DNA of 64,000 bases from Vicugna vicugna (lineage: Eukaryota): positions 6,468,956-6,532,955 of the forward strand of contig MU058384.1 in assembly GCA_013265495.1 (NCBI GenBank), in the 5' to 3' direction. Shown piece by piece: positions 11,615 through 23,084 of this stretch. Position 1 is the stretch's first letter. The number at the start of each line of letters is the position of its first letter. The translations under genes and the position numbers were made by a program. Below the pieces are notes generated by a model that was not told the DNA's origin, did no database searches, and worked only from the letters and a program-made list of their open reading frames with translations.

Positions 11615-14394
11615 ATTGAATAACTGAGAATTTATTATATACTTTGTAGCTAATTGAAGCCATACTGCCTCCTGCTGATGATTAATAGTGTCTGGTTTCT
11701 GAAGAAGGATGGTATTGGCAGATTTTTTTTTTTTTTGCCTTTTTATGAAGGATGGGACTGGGCTGTCACTTTCTATGAAAATGAGAAAGAGGAGGTCAGA
11801 GGTGTTTTTGATAGCAACACAAAGGACCTTTATGTGGCTTTAAAAAGGATTGCAGTGTTAGCAGTCTGCAAACCTGGGCTTCCATTGGCTTACAGCCGTC
11901 ATCTTGACCTCTCCTCCCTCCTTGTAAAGGGGCAGTGGAAAGGCACCAGGGAAGGAGGAAGAAAATTTTAGAAAACATTTCAGAAAATCTGACCTTGAAA
12001 GGAAATTAAAAACTCAGAATTCTGCACAATAAGAAAATCCCGTTCATTGAGCTGGTTGAACAGTTATCAACAATTCTTTAGAAGACTCTAGCAGTTTACA
12101 TGTGGAGCCCTTGCTTCCTAATTGCTACAGCAGGCTACCACTGGGAAGAACAAAGGAAATATTTAGCACATCGTAAATTCTTCTGCAGCCCTGCGGAGTG
12201 GCTGGAGTTCAGATTACACATTTATAACTAGCATTTGAGAGCAATTTCTACTTCACTTTGAGAAAGTTTGGGGGAAGTTCTTAGGCACTGTTCCTCCTAT
12301 GATTGTGGCGAAGGACAGACCAAGTGTTTACATTCAACCATCCAGTTCATTTGTGTTGGGATTCAGTGAAGCTTGGAAAGATGTAACAGTGAAAAACCTC
12401 TTCCCTTCTAGAATTTGCTTTTTGATGGGAAGTGGATTTCTCAGTGCGTAGTACCTCAGGTACACTGGTGGGATGTTCTGACAGCTCTGCAAACTGGATG
12501 GTGGTCTTTACATAGGTTAAGACTGAGATGGTCTGAATATTCAGGACCTAAGAATAAACTCAATTCACATGGCCAAGGAGAGCGAGCAAGAGAAAGACGG
12601 TAAACATGTTTCATGTCACCAAAGATGGGTTGAAGAAGCTGCAGCACATAGCTAAGGAAGAAACCATCACAGCCTAGTAAAAGCAACAAGAAGCCACCGG
12701 GGCGTGAAAAGTCAGAGGTCAGCTAAGATGGCTCTTGAAGCTCTTATATTTAGGGTGCAGCTGATGAATGTGTAAGTCTGAATGTCTGTGCCTTTGGAGA
12801 AGATGGTTCAATTCTCTATGAATTTTAATGGGCACATTTTCTTAGCAAATAAAACTACATTGTGGAATGACTGATAGTTTATTATGTATGAGTCGTCTCT
12901 GTCTTTAGGTCCTTGTGCCGGGCATAGCCATGAGGACTACCTTGTAATTCTTCCAGGTGATTGAGAAAATATGGGAGGCCATTTCTCCCCAGGACAGTAG
13001 ATGCATGTCCACCCCAGCACAAGGGAGAAGAGGTTGACCTTCAGGTCTTTGCAATGAATGAAAAATGAATGCTTTTATGAGTTCATGTTGGCTAAATTTC
13101 CCATCCTCCTTCTAAAAGAATTTATAATCTTCTTACTAACTTGCCCAAACTTTCAACTGAATACTAATTAATATTGGGGAAAATTTCCCAAATAAAGTAA
13201 AAAAAAAAAATCTAGACAAGCTTCCTATGTATTGAGACTAGGTCCAAGATAAAATGTCTATAGATTTGAACCACAGAACAAATCTTGCTTAACTCTTTCA
13301 GGAAGAACAGAAACTGTAAATTCAGCATCTTCTCTCTGACCAAATTTAGGACTGTAGCATTTTGTTTGTTTGTTTGTTATAAGAGTAAAACATTAGTGAG
13401 AAGTGGATACAGTGTTAGTTCCGACTTTAGGTTTTGGTTTTGCTATATAAACAAACAAGGCTGAATTGCAGTCATTTAGTTGTTACATTTGTTAATTTAA
13501 TCTTTACACTTTTTCTTCCAACATCTTTTATAATTTTTTGGAATTATGTAATTATTGTCTGTTTGACATGACAATTTCTCTATTATTTCCTAAGAATTAA
13601 CTTTTTTGGTTACTCAGTATATATTCTGAACATGATCTGGTTGGACAGTAAAGTGTTTTTTTAATCTGCATGATAAAAAAGTGTTAAAAGTGAAATAAAA
13701 ATGATTTAAAACCACTGAAATTCCTGAATTGTCTTCAATCTGATGCCCACATGAACTACAAGAATTCATACCATGTGTACTCTGTTGCTTGAGAATAAAA
13801 ACAAAAAAGTACTAGCCATATCTATGTGAAGAAGTATGTATATTTCAAAATATTTGTAATATTTGAAAAAATGTCTAGAAAAAAGGGTGAAATATATGAA
13901 GTGAGGAATATTAAACTCTTGTTAAGTAGTATAATATTTATGAATTCACACCGTCAATTGAGTTTCACAACAAATTATAATTTCCACATAAACAAAAGAT
14001 GTTTAAGCTCTGCCCAATGACTCGCTTATTTCAAACCACATTTGATACAAACAAAATCCAACGCAACCACTCCCTTGAGTTTCAGTTTGGGATTTATTCT
14101 GCATTCACAGATACAAATATTGGTCTAGAATTACCAAAGTCTTTGGAATTTTATTGAACAATTGATCGCTATTTTTAACCACAGATTCTTACCAACATTT
14201 TCGTAAGTACACAAGTTCCAGTATTTAAAAAACAAGCATGAGAGAACAACTCTAATAAGCATAATTCTAAGAGGGAGCCTTTAATTGTTGTGAAGCTTAT
14301 TAAAAGTTGAAGGTCTCATGTTTTAGGAAGATAAAAAAAGGAATTCTTTCTCTGCTGTGGAATAAATGGACTATCTCACCCATGAATAATGATT

Positions 14395-14965
14395 AACGTT
14401 CTTTCACTCAGAAAAAGACTTGTAGGGGTTCACACCTGCAGCATTCATGAATTACAGGCCCCGTTCCCTTGAAAGAAACTTAATAATCACTCTTCACAGG
14501 TGAAGTGTTCTTCAGTTGGATATAAAAAGTTGAGATAAAACCAGTCCGCTTTGTTTCCAGTGCTGTGATTTCCCCAGCATTCCGTCCCCTCCAGTCCCTG
14601 CAAAAATACTTGAACAGCTTTAAAGTTATCCAAAGGTGGTGCTGTAAATACCTTTTCTTCTCAGCTTAGTTCTGTGTTTATCGGAGATTCAGAGGTGGTT
14701 TTAAAGGTTAGAAACACAAGCTGCCTGCAAACTTGGATTCAAACCCGAGTTATAAGGTCGGCATTTTTACAATTGTGTGCTGCATGTTGCCATCAGGTCT
14801 AAACAGACCTTAAGTTTCCTCATTCTGAGCCCCCGCCTGCCAAACCTGGCTATATAAGTACAAATGCAAACATGCATATCCATTTAAACACAAATGTGAA
14901 TACAAAATACAAGTTTCTGTATCAGCTGGACTATAAATTTCAACCTAAATATAAACAAATGTAAA
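14395..14965. promoter_or_regulatory. candidate enhancer or core promoter
   Basis: No repeat recognised; 8 CpGs in about 440 bp; GC box CCCCCGCC (14830) followed by TATATAA (14851); GTAAATA/TAAACA forkhead-like motifs; inverted repeat AGGTCT-AAAC-AGACCT (14795-14810). Confidence 0.35.
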
Positions 14966-15084
14966 GAGAATCATACACATAAACGTATTTTCCCAATTTG
15001 GTAGGAAGGTTTTTTGATTATTTTCATTGCTGTTTTAATTCAAGGAAGATATTTATGGCATCTTTTTTTTGACTTATTGTCCCT

Positions 15085-15300
15085 ATCACTGGCCCAAATG
15101 CCATCTACGACTTGTTTGCATATTTTCTTGGCTCATAAGGTGTTTTTTAAAAATATTGAGCCGTAACTTAAAAAATTAGATATTTAACATTAACTAATCT
15201 AAATTTTGCAGTTACTTGAAAAGTCTTGAGCTCTGACAACCCTGCACTTGCGTTCCCTCATAGCGGAAACTGCCAGGACTGGAGCACTGGGCCCCTTGTG
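15085..15300 (+). mobile_element. MER102-like hAT-Charlie fragment
   Basis: GTGTTTTTTAAAAATATTGA..TAAAAAATTAGATATTTAACAT..CTTGAAAAGTC..CTCTGACAACCCTG..GCGTTCCC. Confidence 0.6.
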
Positions 15301-15524
15301 CAGTGCAGTGGCCTTGAACGTGACTTAGTTACTGTTTCCAGCCTGAACCTCCAGTGTGCAGTCCTCGAATAAGTATGTTGTCATTCCTTCATCGGCCATC
15401 ATATCTCTTCACATGGCTATCTTTTCAGTCATCAGAACAACTATAACCGCTTCTGAGTCTGCCCCAGCAAGTGCTAGGCTTTAGGTGGAAAGTGGAGTTT
15501 AACCCTGTGTCCTCAGTCCTTGAC

Positions 15525-15810
15525 TTGTAGACAAGCAGTTTATGAAACACTGGAGGTGTAAAGATAGTAAGACAACTCTACCTTCAAGATTACAATGTAG
15601 CTGGAAACCGAGATACACATTAAACACATAAATAAAACTGGCAGTTGCAATGATATAGATAGGAGAATTAGAACTTGCAGAAGGGGGTTACCTGATCCTG
15701 GCAGGATGTGGACGGTGTCGCAGGGTTGAGAGGAGAGAGGGATATGTTCAGACCTGGGCAGAGATGTCTTCTCTCTGGGGCTTTCAAGATTATGAAGGAG
15801 TTAGGAGCAG
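15525..15810 (-). mobile_element. L2 3' fragment
   Basis: AAAGATAGTAAGACA..CCTTCAAGATTACAATGTAGCTGG..AGATACACAT. Confidence 0.5.
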
Positions 15811-18759
15811 CCAAGGGTGGGTGGGGGACAGGGTAGGATGAGTCAGGGGTGAAGTCTTTTTCTTATTTTGACTTGGCTTTATTTATGATAATCTACTCTT
15901 TGACTTCCAATATGGGCAATGCTCTTATTAAAGAAAACAAAAGAGAACTCAGTATATAGGTACAGTTCTATTTAGATTATATATCAGCTGTTTCACCAAC
16001 AGTTTTTTCTCCAGCTCTGAATTCAGCATTACATACTTCTAACACTGAGATGCTTTTATGAACATGACAACAACAAATTTACCACTGTAAACCATGTATT
16101 TTCCAAAAATATATTTATCTCTTCTTCAGAATTAATTCCCATATTTGCCTCTATGAACAAACCTGGGGATATTTGATAACATATATGAGAATAAAAACAT
16201 ACTAAGACTGTTTAGTAAAATGGGAACCCAACACGCACACACACACACATACACGAACAAGTCTTGTACAGAAATATACTGTGTTAGGAGCTAATATTAT
16301 TAGTCACTATTGAGATTCAGTAAAAGGGACTTTAGACACTAAAAAGAAAGGGGACATCTCTTTTGAGTGTTTCAAAGTTTTAATAGTTTTACTATTTGGA
16401 CAGATCCAACATTTTGGCTTCAAGAGCCAAAAGTGTTCATTAGCATTTGAAGTCTTAATATTCTGATTAATTACATTTATGATTACAAAAAAGAAGAATG
16501 TGTAACAAATAAAACGTACTACGACATTCTAATATAACTACAGGGCTTGGAATTGTTTCACAAATAATTCATTTGGAAAATAAAATTTTGGCTCCTGGTT
16601 TAAAACAAGCAAACAAAAATAAAATAAAAAGTGGAATTCTTGTGGGGTTGGCACTGGCACTTATAAAAGGACAGCTATACTTTTCTCACATAACAGAAAT
16701 GTAGTTTGTAAAGAATGAAACATGTTAACATTTGGGTGTCAGGATTTGTTTTTAGGTAATGCTATCTTTTATTTGAAAAGAATCAACATGAAGTTATGAA
16801 GCAAAATAAAGTTTTTAAGTCTTTTCATACACGTGCTCTTTTTCAGTGAAATAATGTCAATCATCAGAAGGCATTTCAAGTGCAATCCAGACGATAATAG
16901 TTAAGCAGATAAGTTCAAGTTGGCAGTTCTTGCAGTGTTTTCAGCTTCCAGCTCTGTTACCAGTTCTAGTTTCTTTGTTAGTTGAAGTAGTAGGCTTGCC
17001 AGGTTTTTTTTTCTTTTGAAGGCTTATAAAATTCATAGTTAAGAGGCAGGTCTATGAAAACTTAAAAACAAAGGAGAAGATGAATTCAAAAGCAGCTGCT
17101 TACGCAGTTTGATTGTAGTATTTCACTGCGAGTCCCGGTGTCCTCACAGCAGCTTCATACATACTTAAAAGATTCTGAAAGTTGATTGATTGTTCCCAAA
17201 CTGCTACATAGTTTTATTTGATTAACCACGTATATTTTTTGCCAATACGTCTGGCTACCTATTTAAAGTTAGTGCATTGCTGGCAGTATTACAAAAACAG
17301 ATTTTAAGGATTGGAATCAGATTTGGCAGTAAAGGATTCGGTTCCAAACTCATAGGTGATCTTAAAATTTCACTTGACATAAAAAGAAAAACGTTTGCAG
17401 TCAAAAACAAAAGGCTGTACTTTCATTGAAAAAAGCTTTCTGGTTGCCAAACGTGTTCATTTTTCCTATATTTTTGCTTTATCACTGATTCTTTTGAAGA
17501 CAAACCTTCAAGTGATATTAAAAATATATATGCATGTGTACATTTAATCAAGATATTTTTTAGATGCAAAGTAAAATCTTACTTCTTGAAAGTATAAAAA
17601 AAAGACATATTTTCAAAAGTTCATTGCAATAAAAGAATCTTTTGTCCTTCCTCTTGGCATTTTAAGGTCTTAACGAGTTGTTTATATATCTCAATGGCTT
17701 GAAAAGACAGATGTATTTTATGTAATCTTCCATGTAAGCTTTTTTCATTTCCCTTATAAATTACTTTTCCATATTTTAAAAAGTAGTTATGTTTTCAGGG
17801 AAAAATGGCCAAAAAATACGAGCCGTTATTTGTTGGCCACCACGAACCTTTAGATAAAGTAGGTATAAATCACAGTAAGCAATAAAATTCCATCCTAAAA
17901 ATAAACCACAACTTTATTGAAGAAATATCTATTAAAAGTGTGTTGTCTCGTTTTCATCTTACCTGAGCATTAATGTATGAGTTTCATTTGAAAGCTAACT
18001 GTTCACAAGCCATGTTTCACATTCTAATTAACATAAAAGAGATCTATTTCAATTAAATAAAGCAAACTTCCTGAAGATTCAATGATGAACGGCTTTTAAA
18101 TTCCGTGAATTAGGGTAGTAAATTATATGTAACAGACTAAGGAAAAAAAATAAAGAACAAAGATGCCAACCTCTGAAATATATAATTGAACAATAATAAT
18201 TTAAGTACACATGTCAGGTTGTGTGTGTAGCAAGTTCAACCCACAGAAGCACAGACCTAACGAAATGGTTTCTTGCTTTTTAATCTCCATAAACCTTTCC
18301 TGCTGCTTTTAACTCTTATAGGTTTGAATACAAATCAAATGTAGCCCCTAACTTCATGGAGCTGGAGTCCAGAAGACAAACAGAAAACAAAACAACTTCT
18401 GAAATGGCTTAAACAGACTAACAAACGTGTGCTTTGATGGATGATTAAAAAGCTCTCAGGGTTAAGGAGGCACAGCTGAGTGGATGGCCACCCTAATATT
18501 GCTGTGGTGGGTAATGTGAGTCCTCGGGTTTATAAATACCTGATTGTAATGAAATGATCCACCTCAATTTTGCAATTAAGATCCTGTAATTTCTGTTATT
18601 TGTGGGCTACATGAAAAAAAGCTATGTGAGAGCTCCCCCTATTGACTCAGAATAATGCACAATGTACCCTGAAAGATACTTTCAAATATTCATAATCAAT
18701 AAACATTTCAGAAGTTTAAGGGATATTAAAAATGTTCTAATTTGAATTCATGATTGTAT

Positions 18760-19025
18760 ACTCGTAGAAACTGAGGTCTCATGACATTTACTGTCATGGA
18801 ACAAATTTAGTGGCAAAGTTGGGATTGGAATCCAGGGCCGTTGTCTCTGAGCCCTGTTTTCTCTGCATTATATAGCAAGATATTTAGCAGGTTGTAATTC
18901 AGAAATGGGAAAGAGCTAGTGAGACCCTACTGGTCTAACTGCAACTTCCTCTGGTCAAGGAGACCCAGAGAGGCTAAGGGACCTGTGCAGACGACATAGC
19001 TTCTCACTAAGAGTCAGGAATGACT
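18760..19025 (-). mobile_element. two MIR/MIR3 fragments
   Basis: GAAACTGAGGTC..TAGTGGCAAAGTTGGGATTGGAATCCAGG; GGAGACCCAGAGAGGCTAAGGGACCTG. Confidence 0.55.
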
Positions 19026-19145
19026 GGGCGAAAAGTAAAATCACAGTTGCATGCTCCAGCTTGCTACTGTTTGTGCTCACTGTGTTCTGTCTTGTTTGGG
19101 GCCCCAAATCTTTATATTCTATAACAGTTTAAAAGTATGTTTTTC

Positions 19146-19206
19146 TACACCAGAAATTGACACAGCATTGTAAACTGACTCAACAAAATTAAAAAAAATA
19201 AAAAAT
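19146..19206 (+). mobile_element. 61-bp extremely 5'-truncated L1 with perfect 14-bp TSD
   Basis: TACACCAGAAATTGACACAGCATTGTAAACTGACT plus A tail, flanked by AAAGTATGTTTTTC at 19132-19145 and 19207-19220. Confidence 0.88.
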
Positions 19207-20312
19207 AAAGTATGTTTTTCAAAAATAGAAGACAGAAATTCTAGAAGACATGGAGACATTTATGATCACTAAATTAAGCATCCCTCACTTTTTGGTGGTA
19301 TGCAGTTTCTGTAAACTAAGTAGAATATGTCCATTAATGGGATCTTTATATTTTCTCACATGCCTCCCACTCTTAGAATATTTATAGGAGTATGTATGCA
19401 GTTGTGCAAAATGGTAAATTGCTCTTAAAATAAACTACAAAAGCATACAATGTTATGTACTTAATTTGACTTTGGGTGAAAACTGGTAATTATTGGCCAG
19501 CATTGCTATTACTGCTATGATTTCTACAATTCATCATGAGATATCATTGATTTCGTGTGTGGAATGAGCAGAGTTTCCCCCTCCCCTCATATCTGAAGAC
19601 AGGAAGACAGATTTGCAAATATAATTACTTTGTTAACTCCTAGAGGGCAAGGGTGGCTTTTATACATCCATTTTTATACATCTATTTTTTTTAAGCCAAG
19701 ACAGTTGCAAGAACACAGGGCTATGAACGAAAGCTCTTGATTTGTCATTGTCTGTTATGCAGCTTTGACTGAAATCTGCTGAAAGGTGCCACTACTTATC
19801 TCTACTCCAGAATCCCACAACAACCCTAATGTCTTGTTCCAAACATGATACTCTTTCAAAATGCTGAGGTCCTGTGCATGTTACCAAAGTATCTTCCTTT
19901 ATCCTATATGCTTAGCCTCTATTATAGCTAACTGTAGAAGTGCATCTGAAGAGAAATCAAATAAAATATTCGTTGAATAAGACCCTGTGCTTTGTGATGG
20001 GAAGAATAAGATGCATGTTTTCAAATAATTTGGGACTAGAAGAGAGTAATTCTGTCTCCTTGAAAAGTTGACCCTAATCCATGTATTCTTTATACATGTA
20101 TGGCTAAAAATGTAAAGGCATTTTCCCCCCATCACCCAACCCCAACCCTGGCCACACTACTCACCCCCTCAAGACAGAATCAGTGTCCTAAAAGCTCAAT
20201 GCACAAAAGGAATATTTATACAATATATTTTATCAAGGTTGAGAACCAGATTATTGCCTTCCAAGATGATACACTCAAATTAGAAATCAGATAACCAGTA
20301 TGAATTCCCATG

Positions 20313-20471
20313 GTTTTTTTTTATTTTATTATTTTAATTTTTGTTTCATTTTATTATCTTTTTGGGGGTAATTATGTATGTATGTATGTATCAATCGGAA
20401 GTACTGGGGATTGAACCCAGGATCTTGTGCATGCTAAGCATGTACTCTACCACTGAGCTATACACTCCCCC
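20313..20471 (-). mobile_element. vic-1-like SINE
   Basis: GTACTGGGGATTGAACCCAGG..GTGCATGCTAAGCATG..CTACCACTGAGCTATA, T-rich tail with (TATG)n, ATTCCCA[T/C]G flanks. Confidence 0.9.
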
Positions 20472-21384
20472 ATTCCCACGTTTGATTTTGCCTTTCAAAG
20501 AAAGTAAAATAATAATGGTTAAAAAGTGTTTCTCATTCACTCTCCCATAGACACACAAATTTTTTTAAAAGGTGCATGGAATGGCTTTCAAATTTGATGA
20601 GCATAATGGGTGTAATAACACACGCCTTTGCCTTTGTCAGATCTAACATCTTTTTTTTAAAGTCTGTTAGTTAGTTAACTAGCTATGCCGTGTCCTTTAT
20701 TTACTTGAAAAGCTTTTTCAGAATTATTATATTTAGTGGTAAATCAGTTATTGGCTTCAGCTTCCGGTATTCCAGAACTCTTCTTGGAATTTAGAATTGG
20801 AAGATGAAAATATGTCATATTAAGGTAACTTTGATGATGAAACTGTAAGAATTGGGAAAAAAAGAACTAATGGATGTGAGTACTTTCCAGCATTAGTACT
20901 TCCTACAATATAAGAGATAATCTCTTATATGATCTGGAGATGCTGAGTCTGATGGCAGTTAGACATGAAGCAGAAGCAAGGAAAAGGCAGGTGATGAGAA
21001 AAGGAGCTAAAAAAATAAACAGTGAAAATGGACCTCAGTCAGGTATTTGAATAGTTATCTGGTCTCTGGATAGGAAGTTATCCAGCCTCTACAGGGAACG
21101 TAAGTGACTTCATCTGAATTTCTTCCCTGTAGCTGTGGCTATTCTTCTGTTAGTGTGTGAAAGCTTTGGTGGGGGGTACTCAGCACAGCCAGGATGACCA
21201 CTGGCAGGTAAGAACAGTGGAGCTCATGGTCACATTACTTGCCCAAGAAATCTCTGAAATAAATATTAACATCCACTGACGTCATCCCAGGCAGGGCAGT
21301 CAGGGTCACAGGGTGAGCCCATGTTTTGGCAGCTGACATTTCTGGTTACCAGCTGTTAGACATGAAGCCAGTTCTTTACTCTCA

Positions 21385-21500
21385 TTGAACCTCACTTCCT
21401 AATTCTAAAACTTTAGGATAATTATGTTTAACTTGCAGGATGGTTGTGAGAACTAAATGAGATGAGGCATGTGAAATCCCATGCAGGCAGTAAACTATAA
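21385..21500 (+). mobile_element. MIR fragment
   Basis: GAACCTCACTTCCT..CAGGATGGTTGTGAGAACTAAATGAGATGA..CATGTGAAA. Confidence 0.7.
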
Positions 21501-23084
21501 TGATCATTTTCAGATAAAATCAAAGTAAGAATGAGGACAAGAGAAGCTGAAGGGAGAGACTAAGTAGGGTTCCAAAAGATGTTTATTTCAGGAACACAAT
21601 GAGGGTTCAGATTTAGTTATTTTCTAAAATACTTCAGAGTACTAAGAGTTCAAAGGGAAAAAAACATATGACAGTTTTGATAAATTCTTAAAAAAACTGT
21701 TCAATAACATTTTACATTCATTTTGTATTAAAAAGATACCTCAATATAATTAAAATGTTTGCACTTATTAATGATAATAAAGTGCTACCATTAATTCAGG
21801 AAAAAAGCAAGAAAGAAAACCCAAAATAAAGCTTTCCCCTTCCCCAAATTATTCACAGATAGCTAATCCTATGTAGCATTTTAGGACATAAATTTCAAAA
21901 ATCATATTTTCCCTGTATTTTCACAGATGATTAAAAAGTTACAAGGATAATGTATTATTAACTATGAATTTAAAAACTTAATTCATTAAGGAATGATCCA
22001 GATTGTGAGAAATATTGGTAAATATTAGATATTAAATAGACCATCCAGCCAAAATCATAAAAATCAGATGTCATATTTATTTCCAACTCTGGAAGGTTGA
22101 AATGTATTTATAATTAGCATTTAAGTAGGGGTTTTTTTGTGAAATAAAAGATCTAGTTAAAAAGAACCTAAGTTAGTAGGTAAGAGTAATTGCAAAGGAT
22201 ACTTGATTACATCCGATCAGTTACCAACTGGCGAAACAGTTTTCTTATTGTAAATAGGAGAAATACAACTCACAGTAAAAAAAGCTTTCTCTACTACCCT
22301 ACACATTCAAGTATTGCCCTATTCTTGGCCTTAAACTTTGGGAAGTCTTTAATTTTCATTTCAGGAATCTTTAATACTTTCGACTAAAGACAGTTTTTTT
22401 CTTTCTTAAGGGACAGTCAGTTCTGATTAGCTGTATAGAGTTGGGGTATACCACTGTAATACATGTGTAGCTGGAAATACATGAGGTTGGAAATTCTGCT
22501 AAATGAGAACTATCAGGTAGAGTTGCAATGGAAATTATAATTTATACCAAAAAATAGTGAATGTTTTATTTTCACTCGAAAAATTGAGAGTAATGTCCTT
22601 AGAGGGCTTTGAAACCTATAGCTTTTAGTGGGTGTTATTAACTACTGTGATCACTCACAGCACCACTACCTTTCCACCAAACTGCCCACTAGCCACACAC
22701 AAACGTTTAGACTGAAAGGTGAAGATTCTCACAACCAGATGGAAAAATGAGTTGGTTTTCATGATAAGATGATACGGTCTTATAACATAATTAAAATTTG
22801 TGGGAATTGGAACATGTAATAGGTTTCATTCTGAGTTCTGGAGATACTTCTGAAAAAGCAAATTCATAGTGGAATGGAGGCAAAAATATTTACAGTAAGA
22901 TAAACTTTAGAAATGGAAAGAGTGAACCTTATGCAAAATTTATTATTTAAGCAAAATAGCACAAGTGAAAACCTGATTTATCTACCTTTTTATCTCTTGA
23001 AATTATAATATAGAAGTGTCTTTAGATGTTTTTAAGAATAAATAGAGCCTTATTACATTATTTGCATGGATAGTTTCTGATAAT

